The notes under the pieces were generated by a model. The model searched no databases. It had not been told where the DNA came from and saw nothing but the letters and a program-made list of their open reading frames with translations. A stretch of 64,000 nucleotides of DNA, taken from the NCBI GenBank assembly GCA_951406725.2, contig OX597820.1:94922001-94986000 (forward strand). The letters run 5' to 3'. Source of the stretch: Octopus vulgaris (lineage: Eukaryota). Shown here one piece after another: positions 39,105 to 53,739 of the stretch (the first letter of the stretch is position 1; the number at the start of each line of letters is the position of its first letter). A program made the position numbers and the translations under genes.

Positions 39105-42100
39105 TATTTCTCTTTATCACAGATCATGTTGAAGCTCCTGGAGTCTTACGTGCGTAGTGGGCTTACTACCTGCAGCTAACGGTACCAGGCTATTCGTTCT
39201 GTTCAGCTGTCTAATACTTTCCTGATTATTCTGGCCGTGCCAAGGAGGCAAACCTTTTGTAACAGTTCTACTGGGCACTCTATTCCAATTTCCTTTATAT
39301 TCCCCTTGATGCCTTCTGATACTCTTCCCAAGGACCCAACAATAATTGGAATTATCTTCACCTTCTTCATTTTCCATTGCCGGGCTCTTTCATACTTAAG
39401 AGGATTTATCTTTTCGCCTTCCTTCTTGACTATACGTGGGTCAAAGGGGCATGCAACATCAACTATATAGCATATGTGGTGCACCTTGTCTACCACCACT
39501 GGGTCCTGTCTGTTATGCTCTAGCACCTGATCTGTTTGGATTGGGAAATCTCAGAGGATTTTGCTGGTCTCCTATTCTGTTACTCTCTGCGGTTTGTGCT
39601 CATGCCACGTCTTGCCTCTCTCTATCCTCCCACACACACACACTTTTCGCACAGTTTCCAGAATAGAACTTCCGCTACCTGATCTTGTCACCACAATTTG
39701 TAGTGGTTTGGGGCAAGTCTAGGGCATTTGTTCGTGATGTGGGCAAGGGTTTCATCTACCCTATTGCAGATGCGGCACAATGGAGACATTTGCTCATTCC
39801 TAAGATTGATCCTCCAGTTCGTAGCCAAAGTTTGGTCTTGTGCTGCCAGTATAGTGTTCTCGGTCTCTTTCTTTAGTGTTCCTTTCATCAGCTAATCCCA
39901 CCTATTTTTCCAGAAACTTCTGTTGTGGCTGCATGGAATTGATTGTGTAGTCCCTTCTTGCGTAATTCTTCTTCATATCCTTTTTGCAATTCTTCCTTTG
40001 TTTTTCCTTTTTTCTCTGCTTTCAATACTCCCTCGTTCCTAACTGTTACTAGCAAGGTTTCCTTACTTTGGACTAGCTATCTCATTAAACTCTCGAGCTC
40101 GATACGCACGCAGTTTTCCAAATTTATCAGTCCTCTTCCTACATTTGCTCTCTTCGTTTATAGGCCATCAGTATCCACACGTGGATGATGGGCACCATCG
40201 TTAGAAGCTTTCTTGACTTCCTGTCCATCTCCTTTAGTTCCCCCTCTGTCCACTTCAGGATTCCAGCGCCATATCGAACCACTGCGATTGCGCGCGTGTT
40301 TATTGCCGAAACTATGTCACTGGCATTTAGCTTTGAAGCCAATATTTTTCTCACTCGCCGCAGTTACTCTCTTTATGTCCTTTCCTTCATGCCATTATGT
40401 TTGATTCCATCTGCCTAAAGTATTCCCAGGTATTTATAGCTAGATTGAAGTTGAATTGCCTTCATCATTTCACCACTTGGCAACCATATGTTTTCTGTTC
40501 TGGAAAGCTTTCCTCGTCTCATCACCATCGTAGCATAATAGTCCAAACTCCATCTTAAAATTATTGGAGAAAATCCACACTGACTGGACTAGGCTGCCCA
40601 GTTCTGCTTCAGTCTTTGTGAATAGCTTCAGGTCGCCCATGAATAGCAAGTGGTTCAGTTTTCCCTTACCTCTTCCCAGATCATACCCCAACTTTGTTTT
40701 CTGTAGTATTTCACTCAAGGAGATCATTCCCAGCGCGAATATCAGTGGGGGCACACTCACCACTGAAAGATACTTCCCTTGATTTTCATCTCTCCTAATA
40801 CTTGATTACCTGCTGTCAATTCCGATCTCCAGCATTTCATGCTATTCCATATAAAGCTTCTCATATTTTCTGCTACTCCATACATTACCATTGCTTTTAT
40901 TATCCAGGAGTGTGGTATCATATCGTATGCTTTACAATAGTCAACCCATGCCATGCTCGGGTTTATGTGTCTTCTCTTGCAGTTCCTGATTATTAAATTA
41001 TCAATTAAGAGCTGATCCTTCGTTCCCCGACTTCTCTTTCGGCCATCAGACCTGACGTTATTTTCCACATTAGCGGAAGGCATATTATTGGTCTATAGTT
41101 GGATGCAGCATTTCCCTTTTCAGGGTCTTTGGCACACAACACTGTCCTTCCCTTTGTCATCCAGCTGGGTACTGCCTTTTCTGCAAACACTCATCTACTT
41201 GCTATGCTTTCATGGAGCCCTCTCAGCTTCTTCATCTAATAATCTTGGACCACATCTAGTCCTGGGCTCTTCCAGTTTTTAAACTGGGAATTTTTTAAAC
41301 TGTTTTTTTTTTATTATTTCTGTAGTTATCTTTGTCTTCTTGACCTTCTATATTTCTTAACCTATCTTGGATTTCATGCAGCTACTCCGCTTCTTCATTA
41401 TACTCTACAGGTTGGTCCCTGATCCCTCTCCAGAATGCCTAGCCTTCCTCTGCATCTGGTATCGTTATTACGTGTAATTGTACATCTAGTTCCTGAAACA
41501 GTTTCTTATTTGCTTCAAACAATCTGTTTTGCCTGAATTGTTTTAGTCTGTTGTCACCTCTTTCCAGTCTTGCTTTGATTGCTACTACTCTTTGTTTCAA
41601 TTCTTCAAGTATCACATCGTACCCTGTATCTTTTGTTCTATGTTCTCTCCAACATTATTCTTATACTTTCGTACTGTAATTCCCCTCTACTCAATCTATC
41701 AACTTGTCCTAAATGTCTTTTTAACTTTGTTTCTCACAAATTCGTCTATGCCTGAATGGCTCTTTATGTTCTGTTCGTTCTTTTCTTTTGTATCCAACTC
41801 TATCTGCAGCAACCATAGCTGCAGCCCAAATAATCTTATTGGTTTCGGTTATATTTCTCGTCTGGAAAAGCCCAAGGACCGAATCTATCTTTTCGGTTTC
41901 AACTTTCAGCTTGTGTCTATCAATGTATCTCAGATTGGGGGTGGGTGCTTGTTCCTGGTCTTCTCTAATATATCGGCTCAGCATACCCACTATACCTTGT
42001 TGGTCATCATCGTATTCTTGTGCTATAGCTCTTCCTCTTACTTCTGCTTAATTTGCTGAGAATGCATTTACATTTACACTTTGCTCTACGTCTTCACTGC

Positions 42101-43062
42101 CATCATTCATTTCTTTGTTCTCACTGGGCAAAATATCTGTTGGTGAAGTATTATTTTTATTTTCTACTTTACTTTTTATCTCTTCAATTTCCATCATGTC
42201 TGTTAACCGTCCTTTTATTCTTATTGCTCTTGCCTGGTCGGCTAACAGTTGTTCACTTATTTCGAAGAGTCCTATTTCATTCCATTTTGCTTTCATTCGT
42301 TGTCGGAATCTCCTTCTCCTGCGTTTACCCCTCATCCAGCATTCAATTACCGTTCGGTTTGCCTCCTTATCCCACTTTCTTCTCTGGTTTTGTGTACAAG
42401 AAGTCTCTTGATGATGACCGGACCTATACTGTTCAACCACAAGGCACCTGCCGGGCGAAAGGCTTTCACTTTTGGTTCCACCCTCATTAACACCGTTATT
42501 TGATATATTTGTATTAGACATTTTCAGTCAACAATGAGTTTTGTGTTTTAAGGTTAGCCACCAACCGGTACTTTTATCGAGACAGTATCTCTAGTAAGAT
42601 TGTCAACCAAGACTGCAGAGTTCTTACTACCCATAACTTGGGCCTATCCCCTTTGCATTTGAATGTTGGGGTCCTTGATTATGATTCTCACTAGGAGATA
42701 GGTGAGCGTCAGTTGCTCCCATATCTTCATCCAAATATTGCTCCGGAATTAAGTCCCGATTCGCGGTTCATTCGTCCTCATGGAGCCGTTGGACACTGAC
42801 AGGTTGTCACCATTGTGACTAAGGAGTCCTATCTACTCCAGTTTTAAATCAGAGTGTTCCTTCTTCTAGACATACTGCCAACCAAGGCTCACGAGTTCCG
42901 TCTACCCTTTATCGAAATGGCCATTGACTCTTCTGAGTTAGCCTGCACTTTACCGGGTTCTGTTTTTAATCCCACAGGGTGTCGAAAATCCACCCTCCTC
43001 ACCAAGCAAACTTAGTGGGGTTACCGGTTTAGTCGCCGACGACTCGACGGTTTCACAACGCC
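39105..43062 (-). mobile_element. Near full-length decayed R4/Dong-like non-LTR retrotransposon (RT, CCHC, RLE)
   Basis: ORF starts at 42521 (RRKW..QLLADQAR). Motifs [65 protein letters not shown] and IVDVACPFD; stop at 39203; AAT-rich 3' tail. Confidence 0.9.
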
Positions 43063-43490
43063 ATTTGTTTATCATTCTAGGTAATTATCAATCTGGGTAA
43101 TTATTTACTTATTCACTATTATAATTTCAGTATTACTACTAAAATCCCTATCTTATTATTTACTTGTTCACTACTATAGTTTCACTATTATTACTATAAG
43201 ACTTTGAGGTCTTAATACTGTCTCCCCTGATTTCTTTAGACACTAAATGATGGCAGATTTACGGCTGTTGGTTTAGTTCCTGATGATGCTGCGGCGCTAA
43301 ATAGAAGAGCGGGCTTGTGTCTACTAATAGAGGTTGTTTGATTGGACTGGTAGTTGACATGCCTGGCGGTCATATGGGGTCGGGTGGGAGGTGATTTTTA
43401 AGAGGAAAATCGACGCGTTGGATATAGAATAGCTAAGATATAGAAATTTATGACCATCTCAAAGTTTTAATAAAACTATAGTAGTCTATC

Positions 43491-45207
<1,717 letters not shown>

Positions 45208-45395
45208 TTCTTCTTCTTCTTCTTCTTCTTCTTCTTCTTCTTCTTCTTCTTCTTCTTCTTCTTCTTCTTCTTCTTCTTCGTCGTCGTCGTCGTCGTCGTT
45301 GTCGTCTTCTACTATTTCTTCTTCTTCTTCATCGTCGTCGTCGTCTTCTTCTTCTTCTTCTTCTTCTTCTTCTTCTTCTTCTTCTTCTTCTTCTT

Positions 45396-47857
45396 GTATT
45401 AAAACTTACAGCCTATATTGCTGGATACGTATGGAAGTGCCAGCTGTGCACAGCCAGCAGACTAAGGTGACACTTATTTTACTGGTCATGCTTCAAGAAC
45501 CCTGCAATGAATTCTTGCAGTTTCAAGCAATACTGGTTTTTGTAGATGTTCTACATTCACACTCGCACCGACCTTTTCAGTTGGGTAGTTGGGTGCTGAT
45601 ACTTCCAAGTACATAAGTTACTATTGGTATCACGTCTATTCTCTTTATTGATCACAACCTTCGTATTTCCCACTTTAAATCGTCATTGTCGTTTATTTTT
45701 CATTCATTCACATTCATCCTGTTGTCACCGGGGAATGCTCTGTCGATTACCATGCATGTTCTTTCTTTTTTATTCACCATAACAATGTCTGGTCAGGTGA
45801 TCACACTGGATCATTGCATCCTACAGGATTTTGCAATTCTCATTTTTGGTGACTCTTTCTGTGGTTTGTTGATACCACTTCTTTGCTTTTTGTAGGCCGT
45901 GATTTACACAGAGTTCTCAATAGTTCATTCTTGCCACATTGTCATGGCGTCATTTGTATTCCCGTTGTGCCAATTTCGAGTATTCGCTAACAATGTGCCA
46001 TACCGTTTCTATATTTGTCACTATCGGTAGTGTTGTCTATTCTACACTTCATATAATTGGTCCTTAACGCTTGTTCCTGAGCTGCGCATATGAGTGCTTC
46101 TGTCTCCATCTACAGGTTACTCCTCCTCTTCCATAGCCACCGATCCTCCGCATCTATATTGGCGTGCACATCGCTTGCAGATTGACCGTGCATTTTCTTT
46201 TTCTTCCATACTTTTCTTTTTTTACTTTTTTTTGTTCATTTCTTATTTAAAATTTTCTTTAGTTGCACAATTTTCAGTTTTGTGACGCCAGCCTTTTTCA
46301 TGTGTTTTAACAGTGGCTCCATGGCATTTTTCATGTACCACACTAGGCTGTTCTCCTCTGCTTCGATACAGTCCTGGCAACTGATCAAGCGTCTCCAACC
46401 CTTCCTTCTGGACAAGTACAGCCTATCGGTGCCTTAGGGTGGAAGGTTTCATGTACTTTCAACATTTTCTGATCTTGATATCCATTTTCTTCATTTCCCT
46501 CTTTTGCCATTTTATAATTGCGTCTCCATACCGAAGTGATGCTATCACCCATGTATTAACTGCTTGGATTTTATTCCATTCAGTCAATTTTGAGTGCAGC
46601 ACCAACCTCAGTCTTTGGAAATACTCCATCTTCAGTTGCTCATTCATTTCCTTTACCATTATCTCGTTGACCTCTATTTGTATCCTTCCGTTTCAATTTG
46701 CTTAATCAGGTCTCTATTCGGTAATTCTATCCCTGCTAGGGACTGTATCTTGCCCTTTTTAGGAAGATTATTCCGCACTTCTTGAGTTCAAATTCTATTC
46801 TAATATCACTATTAAAACAGTGGACCGTGTTCACCAAGGAACTCACTTGTGTCTCATCTTTGCCATAGAGTTTCAAATCATCCATAAAGAGGAGGTGGTT
46901 GATTGTATGGGATTTTTTCCTTTAGTTGATACCCCAGGATCACTTTCCTGAGTACCAAGGATAGGAGTAACATACAGAGAACGAAAACCAACGGAGATGG
47001 GCTGTCACCCTGGAAAAAGCTCTCTTCTGATACCCAGGGTGCCCGAGCTTTTTCCGCAAGATGTCAGTTTTTTTTTCTATCCCACCATACTTCTTTTCAG
47101 GAAACACGTTACATTACTCGCAATTCCAAAAAGATCTAAGCACTCAATGATCCACGAATGTGGAGTCATATCATAACATTTGTGATAGTCAATCCAGGCC
47201 ATTCCCAGATTTGTTCTTCGTTCACAATCTTGCATTACCATTTTGTCTATCAGTAGTTGATCTTTGGTTCCTCTGCATCTCCTTCTACAGCCTTTTTGTT
47301 CTGGCGGTAATATACCGTCCTCATTAAGAAATTTATACTGTTCTTCTGGAATTCCTCCTGACAGTAACTTCCACATTAAAGGGAGGCAGGAAATTGGTTT
47401 GTCAGCATTTCCCTTTGATGCATCCTTCATGCACAACACCGCCGTTCGTCCTTTTGTCAACCAGCCCGTGATCACTTCTCTGTTGATCAATGCATTAAAT
47501 TGCACTGCGATCAGTTTATGGCAATTACTGAACTTTTTTATCCAAAATCCCTGTACACAATCAGGTCCTGCTGCTTTCGATTTGCTTATCTTTTTACTCA
47601 TATTTCTGATACTGTCTTCTGTGAAGTGGTTAGTCTCTTACTGGGGATATGAAGCTGTTTGCTTCAGGCTGCAGAGCCATTCAGCTGTAGTATTGTCTTG
47701 TTCTTGCTTACTCCATATCTTACCCCAGAAAAATCGACTTTCATCAGCATCAGAGACTAAGCTTTCCCATCTTTACTGTCATTAATCTCTTGGTAAAATC
47801 GCCTTTGGTCACTTCTAAGCAATTTCTTTTGCTGGTATTGCTTAATGCGTTGTTCAA
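45396..47857 (-). mobile_element. 5'-truncated R4/Dong-like LINE ending at a (GAA)n tract
   Basis: ORF 47077-47601 ([37 protein letters not shown]), FQGDSPSPL, NHLLFMDDLKLY and a decayed RLE. The 3' end abuts the (TCT)n/(TCG)n tract at 45208-45395. Confidence 0.87.
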
Positions 47858-48639
47858 AGGTGAATTATTCAAACCCCAAAGAATTCAACACACGGCTATG
47901 ATGCTCCCCCACTACTTCTGCTCATGACTAGAGATGTATATATCGTCAGCCACCAAAGGACATGCTCAACTGTTTAAGGTCAAACAACTAACAAGCAAAT
48001 CTGTAGTATTGAGCAGAATATTTGCTGTATTTCATCTTTTTATACCAAGACAAAACAATGTACATGATAACACCTCCAATCAATTAAGATCAGAAGCCAT
48101 GAGAGCCACTATCAGGTACTGCATCAGGGCATTTATCATTATTATTATTATGTGAGAGAGCAGCGCATGCCAACAAAGTGACACTGGGATAGAAATATTC
48201 GAAGCCTAATATAACTATCACGACTACTCGTCTAATAATGGTGTACCAGGCACAAGCATCACAACCATATGTGCACGACATGGTGATCTCATATCAAGAT
48301 AAACAGCGCATGACCTTGCAGGTAGGGCCCAGTTAGAATTTTCTTCAGGTTGAGTGAGCAGTGCATGACATCAAAGTGACACTGGGGTAATATATACGAA
48401 GCGTAGTATACTCATCATGACTACCCGTTTGATAAGGGTACACCAAGGACATGCATCGCAACCATGTGCGCGACATGGTGATCTCATATCAAAATAAACA
48501 CTACATGACCTTGCAAGAGGGGCCCTGTTAGAATTTTCTTCAGGTTGAGTACCTCCTCTCGCTCAAATGGTCCCTGAATAAGGTTTGTTTCCGGAGGATG
48601 TGAAACTCCAAAGAATTTCTCTCAACACATGGCTGTGAT

Positions 48640-49280
48640 GCCAGAAATTTGGCATCTATCTTTACCAGGAGATTTCCACTTATGAGCCTTCGTGAGTGTT
48701 ACCCTTAGATATGCTATTGTAATTTCTTCCTATGCTTGTTCTGGTAAATTTTGGTAGGATTCTCCTGTGCATCTAGTCCAGTCTGCATTTTCATTGTATG
48801 TCTTTTCATCACTCCAAATACTTTTCTAAAAATTCATTCAGGAGGAGGCGGGTCTTCAACGTTTATTTTCTCCTTCCCTATTTCTCTGTAGAATGTTTTC
48901 GCATTAGATGTGAACAGCTTATTTTGCTTGTAAAACCTGTTTCTCTTCTCAAATCTTCTCATTCTTTGAGCTTTTGCTTGGACTTTTTGTTGCAGTGTTT
49001 CTTTTGCTGAAAGCAGTTCTTGGTGAGAATCTGTTTTCCCTTCATCTTTCTTCCTTTTCTGGTTTTTACATTGTTTCCACAGATTAGTTCATTTAATATT
49101 GATATTTCACCTCTCATTATTTCAATCTCTTTTTCAATTTTATTTCTCCAGTTTGGAATTCTTTTTGTATTTCTTTGTTTTTTGTTTTTTGTTTTTTTTT
49201 TTTGGAGGCATACTGGTTTCAATTGTCTTAGCAGATGCGTAAATATTTTCATTCAACTCAGTGAATTCAACTATCAACTA
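48640..49280 (-). mobile_element. R4/Dong-like LINE internal fragment
   Basis: PNWRNKIEKEIEIMRGEISIL.., FWRSIW-like and NWKSPG-like remnants. Confidence 0.6.
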
Positions 49281-50124
49281 GCTCTTGTATGATTTCTTTT
49301 GTTACATAGTTGCTAAATTTTAATGTGTAGTATTATTAAATATTGTTTATTTTCGACTGTTGCCTTAAGATAATGATAAGTATGTGAGGGATGGGTAAGA
49401 AGAAAAGCAGCTTGGTGGACACAGCCAAATACCACTAGTCTGTAAATAAGTTCAGTATATAGTAACAAGGAGTTCAACAATAGAGTTTCACGTTCCTGCG
49501 CGATCAAACAACAAAAGGAGCAGGCATTCCCTACAGCAGAGGTCAAATATATGTTTACTACCTCAGTGGTCCATGGAAATTCACCTTGTTTTGTTTTAAT
49601 TACTGTTTTAATTGCTTTGCTAAGTAAGAGGAAATAAACTGCGAGAAGGTATTTCGATACCTTGGAGACGGTAGTAATGAGTGGATTTCCCTCGAATTAC
49701 ACTCGGCGGACTGCCCCGCAATTTGAATATACACACTGATATTTACACGGTTGGATTTGATTTGATTTTTACAAGTTTTCCCGTGATTTACAGTTTTTGT
49801 AATTGTGCAATTTGTAAATATTGGTAGTTGCTTATCTCCTGTATTTTTATCAGTTCTGGAAAGTGTTTGGAGAAGCTACAATTTTTCTTGGGTATGAGAT
49901 AGAAACGTTTGTGTGTTCGAGACGCTAGGAGAAATTAAAGGATTATGTACTCACAGAGAGTCACTTATTTTGAAGTTGCTAAAGTTAGATAGCCAGAGGC
50001 GTTTAATAGTATTCTTATATGTTCGAATAGTCAGGGAGAAAGAAAAGGTTAAATATTCATAGATATTAAAGTTTCTAAAAGTTTTTAAAGATGATCGTTT
50101 GTGTGTCCGACATATAGTTGGATG

Positions 50125-52250
50125 GCTTCGGTCTCATCTTCAGAGGCTGGGTCACCACAGTGTACAACGGCATCTACTCGATGGATAAATAAACAGGCAC
50201 CTTTCGTAACCTTTCAGTATCGAACGGGCGATCCGCTAAGGATTCCCCAGTTCCCTCTCCTATATGTTGTGGTTCTGGAGCCTTTGTTGTGAAGGTTAGA
50301 GAGTTTTAGGTGTATCCTGCAGGAATTGTGTCATAGCAGAACAGTGTCTGTACACATGGACAACGTCACTGTCATGGTGCCGGACACTTCGGATATAGAA
50401 ACGATCGCCACTATGCTGAAAGAATACTAGGAGTATACATAATCCGGGACAAATATGTGATCTTTCGACGTGGCACTTAGAGAAGCAAGACCATTTTGAC
50501 CAGCGGCGATTTCTGTTGCTGGACTGAGGACCCGGTGAAAGTGCTCAGAATCTGATTCGAACCAGTCCTCCACATTGATAGGAACTGGAAAGCGCGGTCA
50601 CAAGCAGGATGGTCAATCCCACTCCAAATTGGGCCGACAGGAAAATGTATCTGAAAGTCGAGCGGAAGTAGCAAATTCATACATTACATCGGTGCTGTAA
50701 CTACTTTATTTTATTAAATTTGCTATAAAGGCAGTACATAGAGTAAGGTAGCTTGCGGGATGGACACGGACATTAATGAGATGAATTATAATGATACAAG
50801 GATGATAAGGATGGGAGAAGACAAAAAGCGCCCGCCGACTGTTGCTTCTCTAAAACATTGTTCTTTTTTTAAAAAGCACTAAATGAGGTATTAACCCTCT
50901 TATAATTTTACAATTGTTCCAATTTATGGACTAAAAAGTCCATTACAAATAAAAACAATTTAACACGCATAATGAGTTGATAAAACTATTACACAAATGA
51001 GTCTTCATCCCCAATCAACTTTCTTGCCTCCTGCAGGCATTCCTGCAGCCGCAAGTTGGGGACCCATAAAAGTGGTTTAACTACTGCCTAACCGCCGTAC
51101 TTTGTCCCATGAAACACTAGACCAGATTGGTGTGCTTCCTTTTCCTTTTCCGTTTCTTATGGAATAGTCACGTTCCGCTGGTCAAGATATCGGTCTACTG
51201 TCAACATCCACTTCGTGGTGATCTCAAGGTGTTGTCCTTCATGGTGCACCGAAGTTGAGGCTGCGCTGAGGCTGACGGGACTGTAGAAATATCAACAGGA
51301 ATACTGCAATGGTATCGACGACGACGACAAAAACGAGGATGAACAGAGGTAGGCATGTTTCTTGTAACAAATCTTTCCGCAGTTTGTCTCCTTGACCGAG
51401 CTGCTATCATAGATCAAGCATAAAGGAAAATTGGTTGTTTGGCATTTAGATTGTTGCCAGCCTTTCGCAAAGCTGCTAGCAAGAAAACAATACTAAACTT
51501 TTGATCATATGAGAAACAATACTAGCAAGAAAACAATACTAAACTTTTGATCATATGAGAAATAATGAATGGCCTGAGCATCAACGAGAACAGTCTGAGT
51601 AGTCTTTTCTGGAGGACTTTCAGGTGGGGTACTATGGAAAATTGCCAAAAACCCTTGGCACGGCAGTGCTACAGTGGGTCAAAATCTGCTTCAGACTTGG
51701 CAGCGTCAACAGCAGAACCTGTACGAGATGCATGCAGCAGAAAGAAACCATCCTGCACGTCATCTTTCAATGCCTATGCATGTACACGAGCGACTTGTGA
51801 GCTGTCACGTGTTGAACGAATTCAGCTGTCGGCCAAATTTGTAATGAAGATCGATGCGCCAGCTGGGAAGGAAGATAAATATTTCCCTACTCGGTGGCAG
51901 TGGCGAAAGCGGTTGCGTTAGGCTCGTCTGAAAGGTTTAAAGACAGGCACTTACTATCTGGTAAAGCTGTCATCACTTTCTTCAAGTACAACTTGAAGAA
52001 AAAGGTGAGGGTAGAAAAGGAAATACTCCCTTCTAGTTGTGAGTTTAGCGAAAGGTAGATGAAAGTGACACAACTGGTGAATCTGAATTGGCCTACTCTG
52101 AGTATGCTTTGCTAAGTAAGAGGAAATAAACTGCGAGAAGGTATTTCGATACCTTGGAGACGGTAGTAATGAGTGGGATTTCCCTCGAATTACACTCGGC
52201 GGACCGCCCCGCAATTTGGACTTTTATTTATTTATTTATTCATTTATCTA
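50125..52250 (+). mobile_element. Decayed L1/Tx1-like LINE fragments (RT and C-terminal Zn finger), interrupted at ~50700-51560
   Basis: FSIERAIR*G..PLLYVVVLEPLL (QGCPLSP-like region) and VHMDNVTV (YADD-like) at 50200-50375; CTRCMQQKETILHVIFQC at 51720-51773. Confidence 0.7.
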
Positions 52251-52437
52251 TTTATTCATTTATCTGAATTCTATTCTTATATCATACGCTTATTGTTATT
52301 GATTCTCTCTTGGTCGATGTAACCCCACCCCACTCCCATATTTATGTGTTGTATTTCGGTCCTTTGATATTGTCTTCAATATCCTGAGTCATTGTGACCA
52401 ATAAAGAAATTATCATCATCGTCGTCGTCGTCGTCAG

Positions 52438-52482
<45 letters not shown>

Positions 52483-52734
52483 TAATGTTGCAGAGAATCA
52501 GAAATGGTATCTAGTTAAGACCTTTTTAAGTTCTGATTTGAAATCACGCTGGAGATTGACTTTGCCTTTTACTCTTCCTGTGTCAAGCAATACTTTTGTC
52601 AGAAAAGATCTGGCGCTGATGTACTATGAGTAAAATACTTCGACGGTCAATCCAGCACACAATCGACACGCTAATCTACTAACACAGCATACATGTAAAT
52701 ATATGTAGGTGCGTGTCAGAGTGCATGCGTGAGC

Positions 52735-52824
52735 GCGTGAATGCACGTGAGTGCGTGAATGCACGTGAGTGCGTGAATGCACGTGAGTGCGTGAATGCAC
52801 GTGAGTGCGTGAATGCACGCGAGT
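52735..52824. repeat. 18-bp minisatellite GCGTGAATGCACGTGAGT x5
   Basis: CACGTG at 52744, 52762, 52780 and 52798; CACGCG at 52816. Confidence 0.9.
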
Positions 52825-52926
52825 GTGTACGTGTTTGTATGCTTGTAGTCTGTGTTTCGTTTATGCACGTGTATCCTTGAATCTGAACCAAAGTTTTAAT
52901 CTTGTTCATTATCATTATATTTGCAG

Positions 52927-53055
52927 ATTTAACATCCACTCGGCTCCTATCCCAGGTAACTATAGCTTAACAACAACTAGCAGACATGTTGATTCAATTA
53001 CCAGATATAAAAGCGCTGTGAAAATGCTGCTTCCCATACGTTTGACGGGAAAAGT
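52927..53055 (+). CDS. ABCC5/11/12-like (MRP5-type) ABC transporter, first recognisable coding exon
   Basis: Acceptor ttgcAG (52925-52926) and donor GTAAGT (53056). 129 nt, phase 2/2. Translates FNIHSAPIPGNYSLTTTSRHVDSITRYKSAVKMLLPIRLTGK(V); RYKSAVKMLLPIR resembles the N-terminal KY..L..L.PIR motif of ABCC5. Splices in frame to the 55412 exon. No upstream start exon was identified. Confidence 0.75.
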
Positions 53056-53169
53056 GTAAGTTCAGGTTCCTTATAAATTTTTGTCACCAATGTTGTTGTT
53101 GTTGTTGTTGTTGTTGCTGTTGTTGTTGTTGTTTAGCTCAAGGTCAGGCTCCATTCACCCTATGAGAGA

Positions 53170-53500
53170 GCATTGTTAGAAATTACAATGATCAGCTCGT
53201 TGATAGACAGAGCGAAGAACGTTGGAGACAAGACCAACCCTTGCATGTAGCGACACCATTTGTGATAAGAGTGTAGGTCTAAATTTAACAGCTAACTTCC
53301 GGAGCAAGAGATTGTATGAGGACAGATGAATCTCATATTTGTTGAGAGTTTCTGAGAAGATTCTGTCAAATGCTTTGCAGATGCCAAATGAAGAAATATT
53401 CTTTCTTCGGATTTATCAAGCATGTGCGACTCCTGATGAATGACATAGGCGGTCAGCTGTCCAGAAGATTTAACTGAAAATCGTAGAGATGCTTTCTTAG
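53170..53500 (-). mobile_element. Very decayed CR1/Jockey-like RT fragment
   Basis: Minus strand GICKAFDRI (D.SKAFD.V motif) near 53360-53390. Confidence 0.4.
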
Positions 53501-53739
53501 TGTGGTGTGGAGAAAGATGAGGGATGAGGTAAGAAGGTGGAGAGATGGGGAGAGAGAAAGAGAATAGAAAGGAGGGAGACGAGAGGATGGCAGGAGGAAA
53601 AGGGAAAGGAAGGAGAAAGGAGGAGTAGAAAGAGAGGAGGAGGAGGAAAAGAGGAGTAAGGGAGAGAAATAGAAATTCAAGATGTTGGAAACGGTGATTG
53701 TTATTGACTGTTTCAATTACTTATGGTGTTTCATAAGTG

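Noticed and set aside
43275-43330. CTGATGA followed by GC-rich sequence and GTC
   Set aside because: No GAAA box and no convincing stems, so at most an unprovable relic.
49455-49545. Possible upstream phase-2 ABCC exon ending AG|GTCAAA
   Set aside because: Weak donor, no clear acceptor or start codon, and no recognisable homology.
49613-52218. LTR retrotransposon interpretation of the direct repeats
   Set aside because: No TG..CA ends, PBS/PPT or TSD, and the interior motifs are L1/Tx1-type.
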